Of a DNA stretch of 64,000 nucleotides, positions 11,101-23,100 are shown one piece after another (position 1 is the first letter of the stretch; every line of letters begins with the position of its first letter). Source of the stretch: Ascidiella aspersa (lineage: Eukaryota); NCBI GenBank assembly GCA_963924565.1, contig OZ004607.1:35712001-35776000 (forward strand), given 5' to 3'. The notes beneath the pieces are model-generated. The model worked only from the letters and a program-made list of their open reading frames with translations, was not told the origin of the DNA and did not search any database. Position numbers and translations under genes: made by a program.

Positions 11101-14100
11101 GCAATTTAATTTTTCAAAAAAACTAGAAAAGAAACTAAAGAAAAACTCATTTGCGAAACAAATAAAATCCCACGGAAGTCTCAATACACAAAGCAAGCAT
11201 ACCGAGCTGTTTTTTAGGCGGAATTGCCTTTTAAGTATAATTAAAAAAACAAGCGGCCTTCAAACGAGGTTTGAAAATGTTAACAAAAACTGCCGATTAA
11301 AATGTTAATGCGTATCACACTGGTAAAAGTTACACCCAAAGCATTTCAAAACAAACTTTACTATATAGGAGTAGATAGCTATAAACAACTAAAACGATGA
11401 CGTTACACTATTTTAGCTTTTTTGTTCCCCAATTAAGAAACGGTTCAAGACAGCAACCAGTGATTGACAAAGTACGGGAAGGTAAAAACTGGTTGGTGCA
11501 GGAAAAAATTGGTCGTAATAGTTTAAAAAAACTCCCAATTGGTGAAAATTAAGTCGCACTTAAACTCAAAGTCCTTAAAATTAGATAACTTTGCAGACCA
11601 AGTACAAAAAATCTTACACACGCTTAATCGCTTATACACAAGTCTGAACTAATTGATTACCTGGGCGGGCAGTCGACCCTGTTACAGGGATAGTCGGTCA
11701 GTTGAGGTATGTCAAGTCCTATACAGTACCACTGATCAACCTCCCTGCCTGTGTCCGTTAAACACCGCAGCATTCGTCGCTTGAAACCACTCGGGCCGCA
11801 TTCCGAAGAACACTCGGAGAAGTTGCCGACGGCATACGAGTAAACTAAATAGATGGGAAACGACTTTGTTTAAACTGACTATTGAGATGTGTAAATGCAT
11901 AATTAACTTTGAGAATACAGACGAATGGACAGACAAAAAGTCTTTTAAAAAATATGTAATATTTAAAAAAAATGTACAAACGTAAAAAAGAACGCTTACA
12001 AGCGAATCCCACCCTCCCAAAAAGGAAAAGATAGCGGGAGTAAAATTTAAAAAATATAGTACATATAAGTAAAAAAAACAAAACAAAAATATAGAATATT
12101 TAAATAATATCTATAAATAAAATCAAAAACAACTCCTACAAGCGAATCCGTAAAAAAATAAAAGATAGCGAGAGTAAAAAATAAAGTATATGTATTAAAG
12201 TAAAAAATATTATTAAAGTACAAAATAATATTGCAAGATTTTTTTTAAATACAAAAACAAATATATGACGAAATTTCAATATGAGATTTATAAAATAAAA
12301 TTACTATAAACTTTTAACAAAAATGCGGATTAAAAATACAAATGCGGTTAAAAATTGTATAGAATAAAAAAAAAATAGTTGATATAAAATTGCAAACACT
12401 AATCAAAAGAAAGCATCGCAAAAAAAACCTTTTAATAAAACACAAATATTCTATGCCCAAGCTTACCGATAAGTTCAATCCGCAGACTGGTGGTGTAGTT
12501 TCCTCCCTCATTGGTCCCGGTGCAGGTGTAGACTCCAACCGCCTCCTTTCCAGCCACAGGGATCTGCAGGATCTTGTTCTGGTGGAGGAGCTGGTAGTCA
12601 AGCTCAGCTCCCAGTTCGACAATCGGTGTCCCGTTGAAATACCAAACGACCTCCGGCTCGGGGAAACCGGTCACTGGACAGCCTAGAGAGGGGTGATAGG
12701 GTTTTTGATTAGGTATGATAAACCAATATTGCTTTCATGGGCAACTCAATTCGTATGGTCATGTTTTCTGCTGCTGTTGTTAGGCTTGAAATAGTACGAA
12801 ATTGTTAAAAGTTACTACCGAAGATTTTTAAAACAATTGTAGTAAATATCTAGAAAGAATCATTCTTACACTTCTAAATCGCAACCGCATACCACTCTAC
12901 GTCATGTCTGGAAATGTTTTAGGATTTCTACATTTTCTATAAATGTCCGGACAAAATTTATGTAGTCTAGGTTAATATACAAATTCCGATATAGGTATTG
13001 TAGAAAAGTATACTATTTGGAATCTAAACGCCTATTGCAAAACCACGTCTGATTTTAAAGTCGGGAGCGCCAAAGGACCAACGGTTTCATGAGAAAAACG
13101 AGGCCTATAATCCTGGAGACAAACTGGGCTCAAACGCAAATCCTGGGAAAGTCGCCGCGTCCACGTTTCACCCCAACTTAAAAAAAGTGTAAACCGCGTG
13201 GGACAAGCTTATTGTGCGAGGTAACCGAATCGCGGCCGGATTAGAAGTGCCAATGCGAGGAGGTATTTTGACCGTTTTCTGAGAGTCAAATGCGACGAAT
13301 TTTAGCCAGGCCAAGCTGACCAAACACCACGAACGGGTCGGATGTCGACAGTATAAATCCAGGTCCAACGCCACCTTGGAAAGCCGTTCTTTCAAAACGC
13401 CACAGCCGTTGAAAAACTTCAAAGGACCGCGGTGCGGTTTCTTATAAGGAAAAGTCTGACCCCGTGCAATTTGGACGCCGACCTGTCAACGGCAATTTCG
13501 GGCCGGGTAAATAAGAGTCGCACGCGGGACGACTCCCAAGACGCCGAAATCAATTGGCGGCTTTCTAAAATGGGTCGATTTTCTGGGAGGCGGCACGCAA
13601 TAATTTACGGCAAAAATCCATTTACGCTTTAAGGTTTAACACTCGCGAGGCGCCCATTTAAAGACTCACTTCGCGATCACCTTTTATGGCCTTTTAGCAA
13701 CATTAGCGTCGAAAGACTCAACACTTTTCTGTTTTCCGACGCCCAAAAATGCAAAACTCGAATAGGGCTGCTATGAAACGACAGTTCGACATCGCATATT
13801 AACAGCACAGCTCGTAAATCAACCGAAATGGTCACATATCTGAAGTAAAAAAGTGATATACGAATTTATTGAGATACTCAATTCACTCCTAATAAAAAAC
13901 TTTCCATTTGTCCAAGCCAAAGCACCGTAAAATGCAAATTGTGGCGATTGAAATCTGTACGGATGCTCTCTAAAAAGGACACGCGCCCCATTTACATCGT
14001 ACATCAAAGCTATAAAAACGCGGCATCAACCGCTTCCCTTTAACTCTTGTTTGCACAGCCACATGCGACGTGCTACGGGCCTTTCAAAACCACCACCAAC

Positions 14101-17100
14101 ATAAATTGCCCGAGCGACACAAAGCCGGTTTCAATTACCGCCATAAATTTTGTTACAAGCAACGGTTAGGCTGAAAAGATTGTAAATTCCCCAAACGAAT
14201 TTCGATTATGAACAACCTTAAATTTTCTGACTATACACTGAAGACTAGGTTTTTACAAAATAGCGGGTATAAGAAAATTCGAAATATCGAACAGACACAC
14301 TATTTATCGGAATATTAAATGTGTTAGCATATCCTTGGCATATCTCAACTTAACAAAGAACGGAAAACAAGATCTCGAATCAAGAGTTTGTTATTGTTTT
14401 GGCGAAATTGGGATGGTTGGAAATAATTTTATTAAGGAATGTATATATATTTAGTTTTTAATTTAAAGCAATTTCCTATATTAATAAATGGCTGTGAACA
14501 TCATACAATATTCCTCGTCTAGAGATGACCAAAAAAGCTTCAATTGGTTTCCAATTTGAATATAATAGTTGGAAAATTCGAAGTATCAGACAAGCTCACT
14601 CTATACTTTCTCAACGCTGAAAACATATCGGATTTATAATTATGTGTTAACAAAGGCCTTTGCACAACGCAGCTGAACAGAGAAACAATAACGAGATCTT
14701 ACCCATCATTACACTGCTGTTGGCCTTCACCGGATAAACCGCCTCCGAGCTGCGAGCCATCAGCAATCCCGGGAGATCCCCGGATACTCCGTCAACATCC
14801 GGACTCTCGCTTAGCTGATTGGTTTCATGAGGAGGATCTGAGGAGAAAAACATACAGGAATGTCCAATACTTGACATTTTGAAGCTTTAGTTTCTCAACT
14901 CAGTTAAAACGATAGTCATGCATCGAAAATATAGCCTCTGAATAGAAATCATAAAGGAATGCCATTAAATGTTATTTTTACGAAAAAAAATTTTTTACGA
15001 AAAAATGTCCGATACGAAAAAAAATAGGCATTTTTTTCCGATACCGATACACGATATTTTGTGCGAAAAGTATTTCGATTCGATTCGATAGCAAATATTA
15101 CTGAGCTCAAAATCGCACAATAATTGAAAATGTTCAAAGGTACAAAGTATTTAGGCCAAACTTTGCCTTAGCCTTGAAAAATTAAACGTTTTAAAATGGA
15201 ATCATCGCTACTTCGAATCGCATATCATGGCTGAAATTTCTCTGCTAATTGGGTATCGGATCGGCACCGATACCCGACTAGTATCGGAAGAGTACCGATA
15301 CTATTAAATGCATCGGTTATCAGCCACGATCCGAAACTGGTCTGGACATCTCTAAGTTGTGCTATTAGCGTTTGACGTCATTTACCCTCAAAAACGCGAC
15401 AGGAGAAAAGTGCTTAACAAAGAACCAAAAACGAGATCTCAAACCAACCGTTAATAATTTGGTTAAATTGGGGTTGGTTGGAAAATGACTTTAATAAAAA
15501 ATTTTCGATAGTAATAAAATCTTGACAAGATTTTAAACAACTTTTGTTAAAGAGTGCCAACTGATTTCCAGATCTCTGCCAAACAAACAAACAAACAATT
15601 CCACCTTCTCACCTATAAGCACGAGGGTAGAGGCCTGGTAGTCGCTTCCGCTCGGGTTCGTGGCTTCACAGGCGAACAAGCCTTGGTCGGCTCGAGTTGT
15701 AGGGTCGAGTTCGAGCGAGTTGTCGGGTAGAGTGTTCGAGTTGCTACTCAGCCCGTCGCTGTCCTTGCGCCAGATCACGTAAGGCTCGGGATAGGCTGTT
15801 GGAAAACAGATGGTTTAGTTTTTTTAAGAGATTTTTGCTACTTTGCTTCGTTTTAAACTTTTGTAGGCTAGATTTTTTTTATTACTGTGCCCACATTTTG
15901 TTTCATTTTCTATATTTTCTAATAGATAAAATGGGGTTGATTTCTTAAAAAACGTAATTAACAAATTACATCAGTTCTACTCTATGCGACTGCTGCTGCC
16001 TTAGTTTTTTGGCAACGCGTTGTTCAATGTTTGGAAAAGTAGTAGCTAATACACAACGACATTGAGTCCCGTCAACCGATGTGAATATTTTGATTGAAAC
16101 GAGAAATTTTACCCTCTGCGTTTACACTACAGCTGGGTGAGCTGAGCAGGCCGTGAAATTATACAGCTAAGCTTAGTCGATTAAAGCGTAAAAATAGCTC
16201 CCAAGCGTAACTTTTTGCTAGCTGCACGGAGCTTAAGTTGAAACCGTGAAACGCTCGCCACAATATAATTTAAATGCAAATTAAGCTGTGTGATCAACTC
16301 AGCGCAGCTGTAGTGTAAATGGACCCTTTATAGATAATGCACAACGAAAATAAGTCCCGTCAACCGATGATATTTTGATTTGATAGCTCATTTACCCACT
16401 AAAACGAAATGTACCCCAGGTTAAGAAAGGCTGAACTAGAATCTCACCGTTTCAAATCACACTTGCTTAAGCAAAAACATCATATCTATCCGGAATTATA
16501 CAATAGTTCATGAAAAATCTCACCGTTTGCCGGGCACCGGATCGTGACCTTTGCCCCCAGCTTGGCGCGTATGCGTGACCCCACCGTGACCTCGACGACG
16601 TCGGAGACAAAGTCCTCAAAGTCCTCTGTGCTCGGGAAGATCTTGGGCTTCTGCGTCACGCTCAACACCGTGCTGACGCTGTCGTTTCCATGGCGATTGC
16701 GCGCCACGCACGTGTACACGCCGGCGTCCCACTCGTGCGGCTCGAAGATGCGCAGTGAGTTGTCGCGCAGCACGCTGTATTGCCTAGCAACGCGAAGCGA
16801 GAGGTTGATATTGTGTTTTGTTTTTGCTGGATTGGGATGATTGGAAAGTGATTTTGATAAAGTGTTTTCGATAATAGCTGTGAAACATTAGACAGAATTT
16901 CGTGAAACATTAGACAGCTGTGAATATTAGACAGCATTCCTTAATTACAGTAGTGATGATTTAAGCAAGTTTTAATAAAAAATATTTCATAATTGTCTAA
17001 TTTTAAGGAATTTTCGATAACACTCACAACATTCAATCATTTGCAATAACCAAAAAATGTCAATTAGCAATAATTAGTTTTTAATTTAAAGGAATTTCCG

Positions 17101-20100
17101 ATAATGTAAAATGACTGTGAACATTAGAAAACATTCCTTAGCTAGTGAGGACCAAAAAATCTTTCAATAAGCAATGTTTAATAATTATTTTTTGAATTGA
17201 AAGGAATTTCTGATTATACTAGATGGTTGTGATTATAAGGCAACATTATTGGAGTAGAAACGGCCAAAAAATGCAATCTTAGAAATTAGATTAAAAAAAA
17301 TAATTAAGAAGTTTCCTTGTCGGCTTTTTAACCATGAACAAGCAAGGATTTATACATAAGAGATTGTCGTAAAAAACAAATCAAGTTTATCACGAAAAGT
17401 AACTTTAAACGCTATTAAATGTATATGAAGTTAATTGTCATGGGTGAAAAAAAAATATTGTTAATAATTGATATCGAATTTAGGGTAGAACTTAATAACA
17501 AAATGGTTTTAAAATCGAATTGCAATGCCTATTAATGTGAGATCCTAAGAAAAATTTATTTCGTCCAAAACTTTTCAAATTTTTTTGCAAACAATAACAC
17601 CAGCAGACCTACCTAAGGTTGCTGTCCGGCAACTTGATCTCATCCTTGTACCACTCAATGGCCGGCGGGGGATTCCCCGTGGCCTCGCACAGGATGTCGA
17701 CCCGGGCCGCCCCGACCAGGACCAGGTTGCCCCCCACGTAGGCGCTGACCTCGGTCCCCATCTGGAAGGGGGGGAGGGTCGACTGGCGGATTATTGACGG
17801 CGCGTCTGTGAGGATCTTGTCAGGGATTTGGTTGTCTGTGACAAAGTTTGGCGGAAATTATAACTTGATTTTTTTTAATTAAACAAATAATTCGTTATTT
17901 GTACGTCTTCACGCATGAATTAATAATACGCCTGATCAATTTAATTTAATTTTCAACTGTTTTATTTGACGCTTGCACTCAAACAATAAGTGGTTTAACC
18001 AGGTAAAATTGGGTTATTTCCGGTTTGGTTTGTAAGTGATATCAGTCATCAAACATAACAGCCCTGAGTTACCAAATTTTTGGGCTATGTACATTAAAAC
18101 TATTGAAAGCATGCCTAAGAAAAAAAGAATAAAGATTTGACTGTCACTAGTCTTTAAAGCAAGTGTTTTTTAGGCAAACGTATAAGACTTTACGAAAAAG
18201 CAAAAAAACGTGTTTTAGGCTTGACGCCACTGTGCAACAAGGTTAATAAAACCTTTTTAATTTCTGACACTTTTATCGTACACAAAAATTGTATCAAGGA
18301 GTTAACTAATAAAGCACAAAATGGAACTTTAAAGAATTTTAACTATCTCTAGGCACACTTGAAGGTTAAAAATGGGACCCCAGAGTTCCGCGGCACCCCG
18401 GATGAGAACACTAACGTACAGGATAAGAAAACTAGAAGAAATAGTCTAGAGGCGCTATAGGTAGAGACCGTGGTGATGAGGACTTACTTTGAGGAATGCG
18501 GAAGAGCGCTTCCGGTGATCCGGTCTGCTCCAGATTCGACTCTATTTCGAACAGGTCGGAGTCGGAGGTCTCGTTTTCCTCTTGAAGCTTGGTTTGAAAC
18601 TGAACAAGGAATCTCTCGATCTGAATAACATGCGTTTTAAATTGCCTTCGTTGCCAAGCGTGCCGTGCAGTTCGGCCAAAAGCAGCCTTGTCATCGAACA
18701 TTAAGCAACAAAAATGCAAAAACCAGTGTTGTATGCAAAACATTTTGAAACGAACCAAGTCCCAGTTAAGTCATTCGCAAAATAATTGAAGTCCAAGTAG
18801 AGTTGCGTGCAAAAAACAGCATAGTGTAAAATTTCGATTTTTTTTTATAATTTGCGAAAAACAGCATAAAATTCCATTTAAAGTCATTTTCATCACAAGT
18901 CAAGTTATCGCATCAGCATTAAAAGTTTGTTAAAAAAAATGCTCAACTTGTCCGAACATGAGCGGTATAAAAATTAGCAAACAACAATGTAACATTAAAC
19001 AAATAAATTGTTGAAAAAATGAAAAAACATCTGAAATAAAAAAAATAACAGCCTTTTTACACAACCAACGATTTAGGGAGACTGCAAACTTACAAAAATC
19101 CATATATCCAGAAGGATAGGGATATTTGGGCCTTAATTCTGAGCCGTGGTTGCTCAACAAAAAACTGAAAAAGTGTTTGAAATAGCATATATATGTCTTG
19201 AAAAAGTTGAAAGTTTCGGCATCTGCAAGCTGTGCCTAAAACCGCTTTGTTTTAATTTTAAAGCAGGGCCACAGATTAATAAGACATAACAGGACAAAGC
19301 AAGTTCCGCACTTAGCACAGCGGCAGAAGTTTGGCTGGCATTCACAGCGCTAAAAAGCCAAAAAACGTGGGCGCAGACGTAGCTTTGCTTTGTGCAGAGA
19401 TGTCCGACATTTGCCATTTTCTACTTTAAATTGCTGTTGTTAACCTACTATGTTTTGAGAAATTTATCTTTAGAAGTAGTATTGCCGCTTAGAAAAGAAA
19501 ACCATGGCTATGATATACATTGGTAATAGTTTAGTTACCTCAAGTGGTTAACCGAATATTACTTGATAAATTTGTGTTTTAAGATAAATATCGCTAGTTG
19601 GGTTGCAAATCATGTCTGAAATTCCGATATTACTTTGGTATCGGATTGGCACAGGTATACAACCCTAGTATCGGACAAATACCGATACTAGCACTTGGCA
19701 GCGGATATCAGGTCCGCTCAGATATATAATCGGACATCCCTGTGGCGTATGGGTAAAGCAGGGGTTCTTAAACTGGGGTTTAGGGACCCCTTGGGGGTAT
19801 GTGACAAGTTTAAGGGGGTCCATGAAGGCTTAATTCAAATATTAGTGTATATTTGAAAAGTAATCAAATTTTCAAAGAAAAGTGTTTAATAAAAAATAAA
19901 ATGTTTTTGCACTCTATGCATTTAGACTCTATTTCACATTTTTTATACCGGAAACAGCAGATTTCTGAAGTCTATTTACATTGTGACGTAAATTTATGAC
20001 GTCATCTTTTAAAATTCTAGCATACCCTTGTCCATGCGAAGCAAAATTTTTTTAAGGGTTCCGCGGTAAAAAAAGTTTAGGAACCCCCTCATCAGATAAA

Positions 20101-23100
20101 GCAAGCGAGCGAGCGAAGAACTTTTCCTAACCTGTGAATCTGTCGAGAACTTGTAGTTGGGAAGTACGGCGCGGGTTTGAATCGGCGGCACGTCGTGTTG
20201 TTCCACGAGAAACGGGCCATGGTCGATGGGTTTGGGAGCGTACGAGACCACCTTTTGCTGGTCCAGGCTTAGGTTCTGCGGTGCAGTCGGCTGTAGCCTG
20301 GTGCTGGTTTCGCGCGCGCTGTCAAGTTTGTTGCCGTTGAAGATGCTCAGGATATCGTCGATTTTATGAAGGTCGGCGACTTTGTGGATCTTGTTCAAGT
20401 TGTTGTCGATGTTGTCGATTTGGTTGATCTCGAAATTGTTGTTGTTGTTGTTATTATTATTTCTGTGGTTGTTATTGTTGTTGTTGTTGTTGTTTCTGTG
20501 GTTGTTTTTGTCGTTTTTTCGAGGGTTGGAAACGTCGAAGACGACGAGCGGGTTTTGGAAGCTGAGAATCTGAGAAGCGCCTGAAAAAGGTCGCAAAAGT
20601 ATTGTTTCAAAAGGGCCAAAGAAAACGTTGCCTGTTAAGTTCGCATATGCTTTCTGTCCTGCAAAATTTGTTTAAACAAACCAAAGGCAATCGACTCTCA
20701 ACAAACACACTTTGATTTTCCCTAAAATTCGCGTGCAATCATTTTTGCCTTTTTTGGAAGTACTTTGTCCATGCGATTACGGCAAATTTAATCATGGCCA
20801 AGTATTGCGCTGTTTTTCCTAGTTTTCCGAATCTTTAAAAAATGGTTTGCACAGGCCACATTGAAAAACTACATCTATAACAGCACTTTAGTGGATATTC
20901 ATACTTAATTATCAACATGAGTTTGTCCTGTAAACTAGACAACATTGAGTCCATGTGTCAACGTAAAGCGTAATTATAGAATTTTGTTTTTTTTTAGCTG
21001 TTTTCTCAAAACTTCTCCATAACAAACAAACAAACTAAACAAACGTTAGGCCCTATAGTCAATATACACCTTAACTTACCGTCAGTATCTTCAGTAATAA
21101 AAACAAGGGCGCTGGCGCTCGTGGGTCCAGCAAGGCAAGTGTAGTTGCCAGAGTCCGACTCGCCAGCCTTTAGAATGCGTACTGCCCGGTCGGACTTTCG
21201 CAGCAGTCTGCGTCTGGACAAGGTCATGGGTCGGCCCTCGTACAACCACTCGATAGTACCGTGTCTGAACCTGTGTGTGTGTATTGGTATTAGGAATGTA
21301 TAGGAAAGTAAAAAAACGCCTGTTTTTTAAATTACGTTAGATAATGTATGCACTGGTTTACACCAGGGCTGCGGAGTCGTAGTCGGACTCGGGACTCGAC
21401 CGAGTCGTTTTTTTTTGCAGGAATCGAACTCAGGACTTAAGTAAGACTACGTAAGAGTCCCGAGTCCGACGAGCAGTATTAAATTCAATAGCAATGCGCC
21501 GACAATCTGCTAAGGTTGGAATGCTATATGTTTTGCAGGAACGAATTTCGGGCGGATGAGATATTATATGGCATCCCTATGAGTGGATTGCTGTATATCC
21601 ACCATACTTTAGTTATGTAAATGAGTGGGATATTTTCAAAAGGTTTAAACGGAGTGCTCAAACTTTTTAAGCTTGCTGCACACTAAAAAAATCTTAAATA
21701 TTTCGTGGCACACTTTTAACAAAGAAACGAGAGCTTTCACCTGTTCACTTTGCAGCGAATAACGACTGTCGTGTTTGGGAAAACGAAGGCTTGCGCTCCA
21801 ACGTCGACCCTCACCACCGGCTGGTAATCAGTCTGGATGAAGGGAATCTTCGTTTTCACGATCACAGGGGTTCGAGTTCTTCCAGCGAAAAGACCGGACG
21901 GCCGCCGTATCGGTGACGAAATTCGGCGGTTTGATGAAGCTGACGAAAAAAAATCGAAGTTTTCTCGAGCCGAACAAAGAAGGAAATATCGCTACAGACT
22001 TAAAACGTGTTTTCCGACGTTTTTCTTTGCGGTTGATAACGTGCGGGTGAAATATGCCATGTTTTTCGTCTACTTAACACAAATCGTTATTTGTCGCAGT
22101 CTAGGGCTCTTGTTATTAGATTAAGTATTCACAATTTGCATAGATTTCAGTAAATATTTACCAGGTCGTGTCAAGAATGATTTTATCAACTGATTGAGGT
22201 CGAAAGTGCTTTTGGACAGATGTTAAAGTTTTAAATAATAAAAAAACAGTTGTGTCATATTCGTTTACCGATGATATACTTTTGAATCGTAATGTGGAGA
22301 AATTTCGCTATTACCACACAAAACCAGGTTTAATTACTCCCATATTAGCAGCCAACACAAATTGTTTAATTTTTTGGATCTAAAATCACCTAATAAAGAC
22401 GTCATTTATCGAAATGGAAGAAAGAGTCGAAAAAGATAAATGACTGGCTTTAATTAAGACAGGAGTCGAAATAATATTGCTGAAAGCACTGAGCTTGTAT
22501 ACAAGTCGTCAGTTTTCGCAAAAAAAACTAGTCGCAGCTATTTGGCAAGGTGAAACCATATGTTTTTTTTTTCGATACTGATAACAGATGTTTTAGAAAA
22601 AGTATCGTGACACGACCTGATGCCAAATAACATCATCACTACGCTCAAACAAAAAAAAGATAAAATTGAAAGGTTCAAACGTAGTTTTTTTAGCTTGGTA
22701 CGCCGAATTTGCTTAAAGTTAGGATGCTTGGTTACTATTACAAAAGGTGATGGTAATCCAATTACGGTTAAATTCGACTCACGGCATTATCCAATTGACG
22801 TCATTACTATGTTCAAACAAAAGAACAAAAAAAAGGTTGGTTCGCCGTTTTGCTTAAAGTGAGGATTCCTATTTACTTTGAAAAAGTTGATGTTAATCCA
22901 AATAAGGAATAAATTCCACTCACGGCATCGTGGCAGTTTACATCGTTTTCGGCCGACTGGGCGACGGAGTGCCCGGCACGCCATCTTGTTGACACGCTCC
23001 GGTCTTGATTTGCCTGGCCTCTGCATAATGCACGACACAACACGACGCATAAACTCCCGGCCGCACCTCTTCTTGCACTGCAACGTGTAATGAATTGTCT

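Noticed and set aside
20366-20619. Poly-Val, poly-Leu and poly-Thr ORFs
   Set aside because: Shadow frames of the (AAC)n repeat in the real minus-strand exon
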